From Steroidobacteraceae bacterium (GTDB taxonomy: Bacteria; Pseudomonadota; Gammaproteobacteria; Steroidobacterales; Steroidobacteraceae), in the NCBI GenBank assembly GCA_036521075.1, contig DATDIL010000031.1, forward strand, positions 7,961 through 71,960: 64,000 bases of DNA, written 5' to 3'. The position numbers and the translations under genes were made by a program. Positions 26,485 through 35,488 of this stretch are shown in pieces. Under the pieces are notes generated by a model. That model was not told the DNA's origin. It worked only from the letters and a program-made list of their open reading frames with translations, and did no database searches. Each line of letters begins with the position of its first letter. Within the stretch, counting starts at the first letter, position 1.

Positions 26485-27189
26485 ATGGGCGTGAAGAAGG
26501 TGTGCGTCGTCGTCGGGGTGGGTCCGGGCAACGGCGCCGCACTGGGTCGTCGCTTCGCCAAGGAAGGGTACGCCGTGGCACTGCTCGCACGCACGCCGGT
26601 CACCAGCACCACGCTGGCGGCAACCCTCCCCGATACCCGTGCTTATGCCTGCGACGTAACCGACGGCACTTCTGTGGCAAATACCTTTGAGGCGATCGCG
26701 CGGGACATGGGGCCGGTCCATACGCTCCTCTACAACGCAGGCTCCGGAACCTGGGGGACGGTTGAGGACGTGAGCGGCGCGGCTTTCGAGGAGGCGTTTC
26801 GCGTGAACGCCCTTGGCCTGCTGCTGACCGCAAAACAGGTCATACCGGCAATGAAGGCTCAAGCCGAAGGGAACATCATCGTCATCGGCGCAACCTCTTC
26901 ACGCAGAGGTGCGGCACGCGCGGCTGCCTTCGCGCCAGCCAAAGCCGCCCAGAAGAGCCTGACCGAGGCTATGGCGCGCCACCTCTGGCCGCAGAACATT
27001 CATATCTGCCTGGTCATCATCGACGGCGTGGTCGATTTGCCCCGCACCCGCGCAATGCTGCAAGACAAGCCGGATGATTTCTTCGTCGCTCCCGATGACC
27101 TGGCCGACATCGCATATCATCTGACCGTGCAGCCCCGATCAGCGTGGACCTTCGAGCTGGAGGCGCGTCCGTTCAAGGAACATTGGTAG
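26485..27189 (+). CDS. SDR family oxidoreductase
   Basis: 234 aa with VVVGVGPGNGAALG, the NAGS motif (YNAGSG), and APAKAAQ in the Y/K region. Confidence 0.75.
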   Translation: MGVKKVCVVVGVGPGNGAALGRRFAKEGYAVALLARTPVTSTTLAATLPDTRAYACDVTDGTSVANTFEAIARDMGPVHTLLYNAGSGTWGTVEDVSGAAFEEAFRVNALGLLLTAKQVIPAMKAQAEGNIIVIGATSSRRGAARAAAFAPAKAAQKSLTEAMARHLWPQNIHICLVIIDGVVDLPRTRAMLQDKPDDFFVAPDDLADIAYHLTVQPRSAWTFELEARPFKEHW

Positions 27190-27344
27190 TGGCCGATACC
27201 TGCCAGACCGCGCGAGCAGGCCTGACTGCTTGAGTTTTCAGGCAGGCAAGAAATAATTGCCCGATTACCTGCCAGCGTGTCGATCGGCACGGGCCTGATT
27301 CGTCGTACAGACGGTTGAAGTGATTTGCACATTCAGGAGATGCC

Positions 27345-27716
27345 ATGAAGTACCTTGCTTTCATCCGCCATTCAGAAGCCCACCGCGAAGCCGGACCCCC
27401 GCCTGCGCTGATGGAGGCGATGGGGCGATTTGTCCAGAAATCTCTTCAGGACGGCTCGCTTGTCGACACGGGGGGCCTAATGCCGAGCAAGGACAGCTTT
27501 CGAGTACGGCTGGCGGGCGGCGCGATTACCGTGACGGACGGGCCGTTCACCGAAAGCAAGGAAGTGATTGGCGGGTGGGCCATTCTCAAGGCGAACTCGA
27601 AGGGGGAGGCGTTGCGTATTGCCCAGCAGTTTATGGAGCTGCATCGCAAGTACTGGCCCGAATTCGAAGGCGAGTCCGAAGTGCGCCCCATGTTCGAACC
27701 GGGAATGGGGCCGTAG
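27345..27716 (+). CDS. YciI/DGPF-domain family protein
   Basis: 123 aa starting MKYLAFI, with TDGPFTESKEVIGGWAIL as the family hallmark. Confidence 0.8.
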   Translation: MKYLAFIRHSEAHREAGPPPALMEAMGRFVQKSLQDGSLVDTGGLMPSKDSFRVRLAGGAITVTDGPFTESKEVIGGWAILKANSKGEALRIAQQFMELHRKYWPEFEGESEVRPMFEPGMGP

Positions 27717-27793
27717 CATGGATCGTGGCAGTAATTACATGAGTTGAATTACCTAACTTATTGATTACGCAGGGTACTCGACGCATCGCATTC

Positions 27794-28093
27794 CTAGGCC
27801 CAAGCCGAAACGTGAAGCTTCACGGTGGCAACTTCCGCAAAGTTGAATATCGATGAATAAAGACGAATCGCCGCCTGTGCACGCGTCAGTTCCATATGAT
27901 TGCGGTGAGTGGCTGCAGGCACCACTTGCACAAAGAGCGCATCTACATAGCGCAAGGGAGCAGCTCTAACGAGAGCCCTGCTCTTTGCGCCTTCAGTGCC
28001 TAGCAGGCCTGAGGCGATCGGTGCATTCGCATATCCGATTTGAAGGTGCATCGGCCCAGCCATTATTGAATCACCGCAACTGTTGTCGCGCAA
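27794..28093 (-). CDS. doubtful ORF / decayed gene fragment in a GC-poor patch
   Basis: 99-aa track ORF with no RBS or family recognised. Its C-terminal LTRAQAAIRLYSSIFNFAEVATV resembles an NTF2/SnoaL N-terminal helix. The upstream overlapping ORF ends in a similar segment (LTRAEALRRYEVVAY). Confidence 0.2.
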   Translation of the reverse strand: MRDNSCGDSIMAGPMHLQIGYANAPIASGLLGTEGAKSRALVRAAPLRYVDALFVQVVPAATHRNHMELTRAQAAIRLYSSIFNFAEVATVKLHVSAWA

Positions 28094-28322
28094 TACGCGA
28101 CGACTTCATAGCGGCGCAACGCTTCGGCGCGCGTCAGTGTAGACCTGCAACACCTCGCTGTCGTGGTAGGCCATACTACGGGTTGGCAAGCCTCGCAGAT
28201 AAAGAATCGCCGAACTCGCGGATTGGCGGCGAATCCTACGAGAGTGTCGTAAAGCCTACTTTCGCAGGGGGCGTGCCGTTGCAGGATCCGAGGCATGTGT
28301 TCGACTCCCGTCCCAAGGCAAC

Positions 28323-29600
28323 GTGCGCCAGTACGCGCAGGTCCCAACGGGCGAAGTACGCGTGAGCGAGCGCGTCGATGTGGCCATTGTCGGCGGTGGC
28401 GCGGCTGGTATTGCGGCGGCCCGACGGCTTACCGAGTTGCGCCGCTCTGTGTTGCTCATTGAGGCATTGCCCCAGCTTGGCGGACGGGCGCGGACCACGA
28501 TCATGCAGGCCATGGCACTTGACCTGGGCTGCGGCTGGCTGCATTCGGCCCGGCGCAATGCGCTGGCCACGCTCGCCGCGGCGCAGGGACAGGAGCTGGA
28601 TCGCAGTGAGGCGGCCTGGCACCGCCAGCTTCACAATCTGGATTTCCCGATCAGGGATCAACGCGAAGCATGGGCGGCATTCGAACGGCTCGGTCAGCAG
28701 CTGCATCGTGATCCTCCCCACAGCGATACCGCGGGGGATGCGTTGGCGTCCGCTAATCGATGGCGGCCTTTCATCGATGGAGTCAGCAGCTTCATCAATG
28801 GCACGGAAATCGACCAGCTCTCGGTGGCGGACTACCTGGCCTATGAAGATGCGGCGAGCGATGACAATTGGCGCCTGCCGGGTGGCTATGGCGCCTTCAT
28901 CGTGACTCTCGGCGCCGGCATTGCGACAGCGCTGCGGACGACGGTGGAGCGGCTGACACAGGACACCGACATCGTGCTGCAGACCGATCGTGGGACAATC
29001 CGCGCGCGCAGCGCGATCGTCGCGGTGTCAACGGCGGTGCTTGCGCAAGGAACGATACGCTTCTCACCGCCAGTCAACGACCATTTGGAAGCGGCAACAC
29101 GTCTACCGCTGGGGCTGGCGGATAAGGTGTTCCTGTCCCTTGCGGACCCGGCGGCGGTGCCTGCGGAATCGCATCTGCTCGGCCGCTACGATCGCACTGC
29201 GACCGGCAGCTACTACCTGCGCCCCTTCGGCCGTCCCATGATCGAGTGCTTTCTTGGGGGCGCCTGGGCGCATGCGTTGGAACGGGCCGGCGTGAAGGCG
29301 GCCGTTGCATTTGCGATCGGGGAGTTGCGCGAGCTGCTCGGGGCTGACTTTGCTCGTGGACTGGAGCCGATCACCGCCACGCGCTGGGCCCAGGAGCACA
29401 CCATCGGGGGGGCCTACAGTCACGCGCTGCCAGGCCACGCCCAAGCGCGGGCCGTATTGGCGCGGCCCGTCAGCGAGCGACTATGCTTTGCCGGTGAGGC
29501 GTGCTCCCGGACGGATTTCTCCACGGCGCATGGCGCCTGGCAAAGCGGGCTGGTTGCCGCGCAGTGGATCGAGCGCTCGCTGGCGACGCATCCAGACTAG
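28323..29600 (+). CDS. flavin-dependent amine oxidase family protein (FAD/NAD(P)-binding)
   Basis: 425 aa with dinucleotide motif VAIVGGGAAGIAAARRL and LEALPQLGGRA. The C-terminus FAGEA....FSTAHGAWQSG is typical of the amine-oxidase fold. Start is uncertain: GTG 28323 or GTG 28362. Confidence 0.75.
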   Translation: MRQYAQVPTGEVRVSERVDVAIVGGGAAGIAAARRLTELRRSVLLIEALPQLGGRARTTIMQAMALDLGCGWLHSARRNALATLAAAQGQELDRSEAAWHRQLHNLDFPIRDQREAWAAFERLGQQLHRDPPHSDTAGDALASANRWRPFIDGVSSFINGTEIDQLSVADYLAYEDAASDDNWRLPGGYGAFIVTLGAGIATALRTTVERLTQDTDIVLQTDRGTIRARSAIVAVSTAVLAQGTIRFSPPVNDHLEAATRLPLGLADKVFLSLADPAAVPAESHLLGRYDRTATGSYYLRPFGRPMIECFLGGAWAHALERAGVKAAVAFAIGELRELLGADFARGLEPITATRWAQEHTIGGAYSHALPGHAQARAVLARPVSERLCFAGEACSRTDFSTAHGAWQSGLVAAQWIERSLATHPD

Positions 29601-29646
29601 AGCGGCATAGCAGATGTCATTTTTCGAAAGCCTGCTGGCGCTGCTC

Positions 29647-29685
29647 GCCGTCGCGGGGGGTCGACGGCCTATTTTCAGTCTTTTC
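29647..29685 (+). terminator. probable rho-independent terminator after the amine oxidase gene
   Basis: Stem GCCGTCG (29647-53), loop CGGGGGGT, stem CGACGGC (29662-68), followed by CTATTTTCAGTCTTTTC. Confidence 0.5.
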
Positions 29686-29774
29686 TGACTGCAATCGTAG
29701 GCGTTCGCTGACATTGCAGGCCCAGCCGACCCGGCCTAATTCAAGCTTCAGTCATAACGCGTGAACTTCAGCTT

Positions 29775-29954
29775 ATGCGAAACAAGGAACTGCAAAGCGA
29801 GACGGCGCGCCGTGCGCCCATCGACAATGAAGGTCGCACCACGCGACACTTCGGTCGCGCCAAAGATGACTTTGACTACCTTGAGTGGCGCGAGTGGGAG
29901 CGCAAGGCGGCCCGCAAAGATGAATCCAGGGTGGCAACCGCGGCGTGCCGTTAG
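29775..29954 (+). CDS. candidate small (59-aa) highly charged ORF
   Basis: Below the track's 60-aa cutoff. My own translation: MRNKELQSETARRAPIDNEGRTTRHFGRAKDDFDYLEWREWERKAARKDESRVATAACR. Third positions are fairly GC-rich. It overlaps the convergent zwf stop by 4 nt. No RBS or family recognised. Confidence 0.25.
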   Translation: MRNKELQSETARRAPIDNEGRTTRHFGRAKDDFDYLEWREWERKAARKDESRVATAACR

Positions 29955-31477
29955 CCCAGCGCTCGCCAGCTGTGGCCGCTCTGCGCCAATAGGCGTTCCG
30001 CCTCCCGAGGGCCCTGGCTGCCGGCGGCATACCGGGGGACATCAGCCCTTTTCTGCCCCGACCAGGCATCGAGCAGCGGCTGCACCAGTTTCCAGCCCTG
30101 CTCGATGAGGGTTGTGCCGGGGAAGAGGATCGGGTCACCGAGCATTGCATCGCGCAGGGGGCGCTCATATCCCTTCGCATGGCTTCCGAACGGCCCGGCC
30201 GGAAATTCAAACGCCATATCGCCGCTCATGAGCCGGTTTTCCAAACCGGGGGCTCGTGCGCAAAAGTCGATATGGATACCCTGCGCTGGCTTCATTTCAA
30301 AGACAATGGCGTTTGGAGCTGCTGCGCCTGATGCGATATTGGGAAAAAGCCGTGCAGGGGCGGGCCGAAACTGCACCGCGATTTCTGTGACGGATTTCGC
30401 CAGACGCTTGCCGGTGCGCAGAAAGAATGGCACCCCGGACCAGCGCCAATTATCGATTTCAACTCTTAGCGCCACATAGGTCTCGGTTGTAGATCGCCGG
30501 CTCACGCCCGCTTCGCGCCGATAGGCCGGCACCGGCTTTCTTCCGACCTTGCCAGCGGAATATTGGCCGCGCACGGCAAAGCGGCCCACATCCCGCGGCC
30601 GGATTTGCCGCACGCACTGGAGCAGCTCGACCTGCTTCGCACGCATATGCTCGACGGAAAAGGATACCGGTGGTTCCATCGCGATCAGCGATAACAGCTC
30701 CATGAGATGGTTCGGCACCATATCGCGCAGCGCGCCGGAACGCTCGTAAAACTGCGCCCGCTGTTCCACGCCGACCGTCTCGGATGCCGTGATCTGGACG
30801 CTATCAATCAACGATCGATGCCATAGCGGCTCGATGAACGCGTTCGAAAATCTAAACACCGCCAGGTCCTGAACCGCGTCTTTGCCCGCAAAATGATCGA
30901 TGCGATAAATCTGTCGCTCGCCGAGGATATTCAGAAGCCTATGATTGAGCGCCGCGGCAGATGCAAGATCGTGCCCGAACGGCTTCTCGACAATGACTCG
31001 CGCCCACGAGCCGGGCTCCTCGCTCGTCAGGTCGGCATGACCCAGTCTGCGGACTATCGGCTCGAAGAATTCCGGCGCTACGGCCAGGTAGTACAGGCGA
31101 TTCGGCGTGCGCAGCTTGCGGCGCGCAACCCGCCGGATCGTCATCCCCAGTGCTTCAAAGCCCGCCTGTTCGTCGAAGTGCATCATCTGATAGAAGATCC
31201 GCTGCGCGAGCCAGCCCGTCACGCGCGCGTCCGATGGGGCACCTAAGAACCGCCGGAGCGTATCCCGCAGATAGGCGCGCAGTTTTTGATCGTTCCAAGC
31301 GCGCCGGCCGACGCCGATCAGGCGAAAGTCGTCGGGCAAAGCGCCGGCGGCGGCAAGATTGTACAAGGAGGGGAAGAGCAGGCGCTTTGCCAGATCACCG
31401 GTTATGCCGAAAACGGTCATGACACAGGGGGGCGCCTTCGCACCCCCTGCGCCAGAGCCGTGGGTCCCAGCGATCAC
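29951..31477 (-). CDS. zwf: glucose-6-phosphate 1-dehydrogenase
   Basis: 508 aa. Motifs: VFGITGDLAKRLLFPSLYNL (NADP site), RIDHFAGKDAVQDL (active-site RIDHYLGK variant), EKPFGHDL. Confidence 0.9.
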   Translation of the reverse strand: MIAGTHGSGAGGAKAPPCVMTVFGITGDLAKRLLFPSLYNLAAAGALPDDFRLIGVGRRAWNDQKLRAYLRDTLRRFLGAPSDARVTGWLAQRIFYQMMHFDEQAGFEALGMTIRRVARRKLRTPNRLYYLAVAPEFFEPIVRRLGHADLTSEEPGSWARVIVEKPFGHDLASAAALNHRLLNILGERQIYRIDHFAGKDAVQDLAVFRFSNAFIEPLWHRSLIDSVQITASETVGVEQRAQFYERSGALRDMVPNHLMELLSLIAMEPPVSFSVEHMRAKQVELLQCVRQIRPRDVGRFAVRGQYSAGKVGRKPVPAYRREAGVSRRSTTETYVALRVEIDNWRWSGVPFFLRTGKRLAKSVTEIAVQFRPAPARLFPNIASGAAAPNAIVFEMKPAQGIHIDFCARAPGLENRLMSGDMAFEFPAGPFGSHAKGYERPLRDAMLGDPILFPGTTLIEQGWKLVQPLLDAWSGQKRADVPRYAAGSQGPREAERLLAQSGHSWRALG

Positions 31478-31651
31478 CTAGAGTCGCGGCCCGCGTCTGC
31501 CGCGATACCCATTCAGCAAAAAGGCAATGATCAGCACCGCAACTATCAGACCGATGGGGCCGATGCCCCAGCCTGCTCCGATGCCCCAGTAGAGGCCTCC
31601 GCCTCCGCCGAACAGGAGTAGCAGCACAATGAGCACGACTAGAACGTCCAT
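31478..31651 (-). CDS. small Gly-rich membrane protein (DUF3309-like)
   Basis: Internal ATG at 31651 after GGAGG. Sequence: MDVLVVLIVLLLLFGGGGGLYWGIGAGWGIGPIGLIVAVLIIAFLLNGYRGRR. Its stop abuts the zwf start codon. Confidence 0.55.
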   Translation of the reverse strand: MDVLVVLIVLLLLFGGGGGLYWGIGAGWGIGPIGLIVAVLIIAFLLNGYRGRRGPRL

Positions 31652-31761
31652 AGGCCCTCCTTGCTTCCAAAGAGTTTCAGAAGTCATTGAAAGAACTATA
31701 GACGGCTGCCCTGATCAAACATGTAGGCTGGCACGATTAGTGTGTGTCACCGACCTCTGAC

Positions 31762-32046
31762 TCAGTTATTGGCAGTCAATGGATCGATGATTTGCGGCAC
31801 CTCGGTAATTTTTGTCACCGGGATGCCGCTCATCTCGGCGTGCTGCAGAATGACGTTCTCGCTTGCGGCCAAATAGATACAGAAGGTCTTGTCCCCGGCG
31901 ACATAACTGTGCTGCCACTGGACGTCACCGCCGATTTTTTCGATCGCGCGATTGGATGCCCGAGCGGCTCCGCACAGCTCCACGATCGACATCCCGCCTA
32001 CGCCGGGAATATCACGCTCAACGAGATATCGTTTCAAGTTTGCCAT
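31762..32046 (-). CDS. DUF4242-family protein
   Basis: 94 aa. KRYLVERDIPGVG...VQWQHSYVAGDKTFCIYLAASENVILQHAEMSGIPVTKITEV matches the DUF4242 pattern as I recall it. Confidence 0.65.
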   Translation of the reverse strand: MANLKRYLVERDIPGVGGMSIVELCGAARASNRAIEKIGGDVQWQHSYVAGDKTFCIYLAASENVILQHAEMSGIPVTKITEVPQIIDPLTANN

Positions 32047-32152
32047 TACTTTGCCCCCCGTTTGTTGATGGCGATGATTGTTGGGCCAAGGAGCGGTTCA
32101 CGCCAAGCTAAATATGCTTGTGCGCAGTAAAGCTGTGCTTTAGTGTGCGTTC

Positions 32153-33121
32153 ATGTTCGTCCTCACCCATCTGAGGTCCTTGCAGGCACTGCAACTCGCG
32201 CTGCGCTGCGGCTCGCTGAAGGGTGCCGGACAGTTGCTCGCCATCACCCCGGCTGCCGTCGGCCAGCGGGTGAAGGCCCTCGAGGACTACCTTGGGATGC
32301 GACTCGTGGTGCGCGGTCGCTCCGGGCTGCAGCCGACGGGTGCATTGGTCCATGCCATCGCCCATCTCAACGCCGGCTTTCTTGAGCTGCAGGCCGTTGG
32401 GGATATCCTCGACATGCAGCGCAGCCATGAAATACACGTCGCGGCGGCACCCGATTTCGCCGAAATGTGGCTCGTGCCGCGCCTTGACCAATTCAGGCAA
32501 CTGCACCCGAATGTTCGCTTTTGCATCAATGGCGACGGTGAGGCCGCCATTCGCATAGCGCCGGTGGATTGCGAAATCACCTTCGGACCAGTGCGCCCCG
32601 GCAGCGGCAGCGATTTCCTGTTGTTTCGGGATTTCGTGCTACCTATTGCATCACCCGAGATCACGCAGCGCCTGCTGCGGCTCTCCAGACGCGAGCGCCT
32701 CGAGGGCTTCCCACTGCTGCATCTTGATTTCTACAAGGACGATCCGGGAGTGCCGAATTGGTCGGCCTGGATCAGGCGCCGTCGACTGAAGCGGACTGCG
32801 CCGAATCGCGGCATGCGCTTCCAGCGAACGAGTCGCGCGCTCGAGGCGGTACATGCCAATGCCGGACTGACTCTTTGCGGGCTGGCACTGATTTCGGCAT
32901 GCATCGAGGATGAGAGTGTGTGCATGCCATTCCCGATGTCTTCCGGGACTTGGACCGACCATGCCTTTCAAGCCCGCCTTCGGGCCGACGCGCTGGTGCG
33001 GCCCCAGATAAGACAATTCAAGGCGTGGCTGCTCAAAGAGAGCACATTGACCGAGCAATGGCTGGTGCAGCTGGCAGGCCGGGGGCGCGCCGGGCGCCCC
33101 CCCCTCGCTACGCGTGCTTGA
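32153..33121 (+). CDS. LysR-family transcriptional regulator (GcvA-like)
   Basis: 322 aa with an N-terminal wHTH ([42 protein letters not shown]) plus a LysR substrate-binding domain. Its 3' end overlaps the convergent msrB 3' end by 14 nt. Confidence 0.85.
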   Translation: MFVLTHLRSLQALQLALRCGSLKGAGQLLAITPAAVGQRVKALEDYLGMRLVVRGRSGLQPTGALVHAIAHLNAGFLELQAVGDILDMQRSHEIHVAAAPDFAEMWLVPRLDQFRQLHPNVRFCINGDGEAAIRIAPVDCEITFGPVRPGSGSDFLLFRDFVLPIASPEITQRLLRLSRRERLEGFPLLHLDFYKDDPGVPNWSAWIRRRRLKRTAPNRGMRFQRTSRALEAVHANAGLTLCGLALISACIEDESVCMPFPMSSGTWTDHAFQARLRADALVRPQIRQFKAWLLKESTLTEQWLVQLAGRGRAGRPPLATRA

Positions 33122-33647
33122 CGAACTTCAGCGCCACCGAATTCATGCAATAGCGCAGTCCGGTTGGGCGCGGGCCGTCATCGAACACGTGGCCCAGATG
33201 GGCGTCGCAGCGGGTGCACAGGATTTCGGTGCGCTGCATCCCTAAGGTCTTGTCGGGTTTCTCTACGACATTCTGCTTGGCAATGGGTTGCCAGAAACTC
33301 GGCCAGCCCGTACCGGATTCGAACTTCGTATCAGAGCTGTACAACGCGTTATCGCAGCAGATACAACGGAACAGCCCGTGATCATGCAGCGAGTTGTAAG
33401 CACCGCTGAACGGACGCTCGGTGCCGGCATGCCGGGCCACCTCAAAGGAGGCGGCGGGCAGTTGGGCGCGCCACTGTGCGTCGCTCTTCACGACCTTGTC
33501 GACCAGCTTCGGCCCCTCGTTCACGCCCGTATCGGTGAACATCACGATGGTGACCTTCGCCGCGGCCCTTGCAACGCGTGATCGAGCGAGCAATCCAACG
33601 CCACCGACCGCCAGCATCGACCCTAACAATGATCTTCGGTTTTGCAT
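33108..33647 (-). CDS. msrB: peptide-methionine (R)-S-oxide reductase MsrB with Tat-type signal peptide
   Basis: 179 aa. The N-terminus [21 protein letters not shown] carries a twin-Arg motif. Two Zn CxxC pairs ([18 protein letters not shown]) and the catalytic RYCMNS are present. Confidence 0.85.
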   Translation of the reverse strand: MQNRRSLLGSMLAVGGVGLLARSRVARAAAKVTIVMFTDTGVNEGPKLVDKVVKSDAQWRAQLPAASFEVARHAGTERPFSGAYNSLHDHGLFRCICCDNALYSSDTKFESGTGWPSFWQPIAKQNVVEKPDKTLGMQRTEILCTRCDAHLGHVFDDGPRPTGLRYCMNSVALKFVKHA

Positions 33648-33664
33648 GATCGTATCTCCGCTAC

Positions 33665-35482
33665 TTACCCGAACGTAAACGCAAAGGCCTCGACTCCCGG
33701 GTTGAGGAACTCGATCTCCACGGTGTGTTCCGCGCCTGGATGTGCGAGCCGAATCAGCTGATACAGGCGCTGCTCGGTGACGACGCCTGAGCCGTCTGAC
33801 CCGATGTCTGCACCCTTGTTGACGCCAGGATCGGCGCCATCAAGACGCACCTTGAAATGAATCGCCTGACCATCCTTCGCCGGGCCGAGCACCAGGTGCA
33901 GGTCGCGGCCGTTGAACCGATAGACGATCTTGCCGCGCGGCTGTTGCAGCACGGCACCTTCGCCGCTGACCGTCCAGGTGCCCGCCAGCGCCCATTGATC
34001 CGCGCTCAGAGTCGCCGGCACCGAGTAGCGGGTCGGCTGGTCCTTGGCAACGGACTGCGGCGAGGAGAAGTGTTCGGAGCGCGCATACCCCACGTAAGTC
34101 TCCGGTGAGATCTGGTACATGTTGCTGGCCGGGGCCTGCACGCCCTGGGCACTGACTTCGGCGAGCCCTGGCGTCAGGTCCGTTGCGCCGTTCTCTTTCA
34201 ACAGCTGCTTGATGATGCGCTCGGAGTCATCGTACTCGCCCTCACCGAAATGATGATGGCGAATCGTGCCGGTACCATCGATGAAGTACAGCGCGGGCCA
34301 GTACTGGTTATTGAAGGCGCCCCAGATCTTGTAGTCGCTGTCGACCGCGACCGGATAGGTGACACCCAGATCCTTGATGGCTTTCTGGACATTGGCAACA
34401 ACCCGCTCGAAGGCGAATTCGGGCGTATGCACGCCAATGATGACCAGGCCGGCCGGCCCGTATTTGTGCGCCCAGGCCTTGACATACGGCAGTTCGCGCA
34501 GGCAGTTAATGCACGAGTAGGTCCAGAAATCGATGAGCACGACCTTGCCGCGCAGACTCTCGGCAGTCAACGGCGGCGAGTTCAGCCAGGCGATCGCCCC
34601 GTCCAGGGACGGCATCGGACCCTCGGCGGGCAAACCACCCGCGCCGCCCTTCGGGGCCATCATCATCATGGCGCCGCCGGGATTCGATGCCTGTGGGCCC
34701 GCGCCATGCGCGGACATCATCATCGCTCCACCGCCCCCGCGCGGCGGTGGCATGGTTGCGGGGTGGATCTTCGCCAGCAGTGACTGCTCGATGGAATTGG
34801 TTCCGTTCAAGGACAGCTGCGTCAGGATCCCGGTGTCCCAGCCCAGACCGATCGCGACCACCGCGGCCAGCACCAGTACGCCCAGGCCGCGTCGCACCCA
34901 CTCCCCCGCGCCCAGTGAGTTCTTGAAGGCCCGCACGACGCGCCCGCCGGCCAGCATCACGATCGCCAGCGACGTCGCGGCGCCCGCGGCATACGCCAGC
35001 AACAGCAAGGTGGTTCGCGGGTTCGGTCCACTCAAGGCAGCGCCTGTCAGGATCAATCCCAGAATGGGCCCGGCACAGGGGGCCCACAGGAAGCCCGTCG
35101 CCACGCCCAGCAGCAAGGACTGCACCACGCTCGCGGTTCCCGCCCGCTCGCCCGAGGCCAGCACGCGATTGCCGAAGGCAACCAGCGGCCGCGAGGCCCA
35201 GTCAGCCAGACGTCGCGACAGCAGTGCCAGGCCAAAGATCGTCAGCAGCGCCAGCGCAGCCCAGCGTCCCCAGGAGTTCACGCGAATGGCCCAGGAGCCA
35301 CCAACCGCCGCGAGGGTCGCGACGCCCGCGAAGGTGAGCGCCATGCCGAGGAGTAACGGCAGTGTGCTGCTGGCGAAGGAACGGCCGCCACGGGCGAACA
35401 CGAAGGGCAGTACCGGCAGGATGCAGGGACTGACGATCGTCAGCGCACCCCCCAGGAACGCCAGAAGGGCTAAAATCATCAA
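33665..35482 (-). CDS. dipZ: DipZ-type thiol:disulfide electron transporter (CcdA/DsbD-like membrane domain + periplasmic thioredoxin-like domain + C-terminal beta domain)
   Basis: 605 aa. TM-domain Cys residues lie in [10 protein letters not shown] and [11 protein letters not shown] Met/Gly/Pro-rich linker follows, then the Trx-like [16 protein letters not shown] (CxxC) and a C-terminal jelly-roll-like tail. Confidence 0.8.
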   Translation of the reverse strand: MMILALLAFLGGALTIVSPCILPVLPFVFARGGRSFASSTLPLLLGMALTFAGVATLAAVGGSWAIRVNSWGRWAALALLTIFGLALLSRRLADWASRPLVAFGNRVLASGERAGTASVVQSLLLGVATGFLWAPCAGPILGLILTGAALSGPNPRTTLLLLAYAAGAATSLAIVMLAGGRVVRAFKNSLGAGEWVRRGLGVLVLAAVVAIGLGWDTGILTQLSLNGTNSIEQSLLAKIHPATMPPPRGGGGAMMMSAHGAGPQASNPGGAMMMMAPKGGAGGLPAEGPMPSLDGAIAWLNSPPLTAESLRGKVVLIDFWTYSCINCLRELPYVKAWAHKYGPAGLVIIGVHTPEFAFERVVANVQKAIKDLGVTYPVAVDSDYKIWGAFNNQYWPALYFIDGTGTIRHHHFGEGEYDDSERIIKQLLKENGATDLTPGLAEVSAQGVQAPASNMYQISPETYVGYARSEHFSSPQSVAKDQPTRYSVPATLSADQWALAGTWTVSGEGAVLQQPRGKIVYRFNGRDLHLVLGPAKDGQAIHFKVRLDGADPGVNKGADIGSDGSGVVTEQRLYQLIRLAHPGAEHTVEIEFLNPGVEAFAFTFG

Positions 35483-35488
35483 GAGTTC

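Noticed and set aside
27189-27345. Repeated GAT(T)ACCTGCCAG words upstream of the YciI-family gene
   Set aside because: There are only two short copies (~12 nt) with no clear symmetry or promoter context. That is too weak to call a regulatory site.
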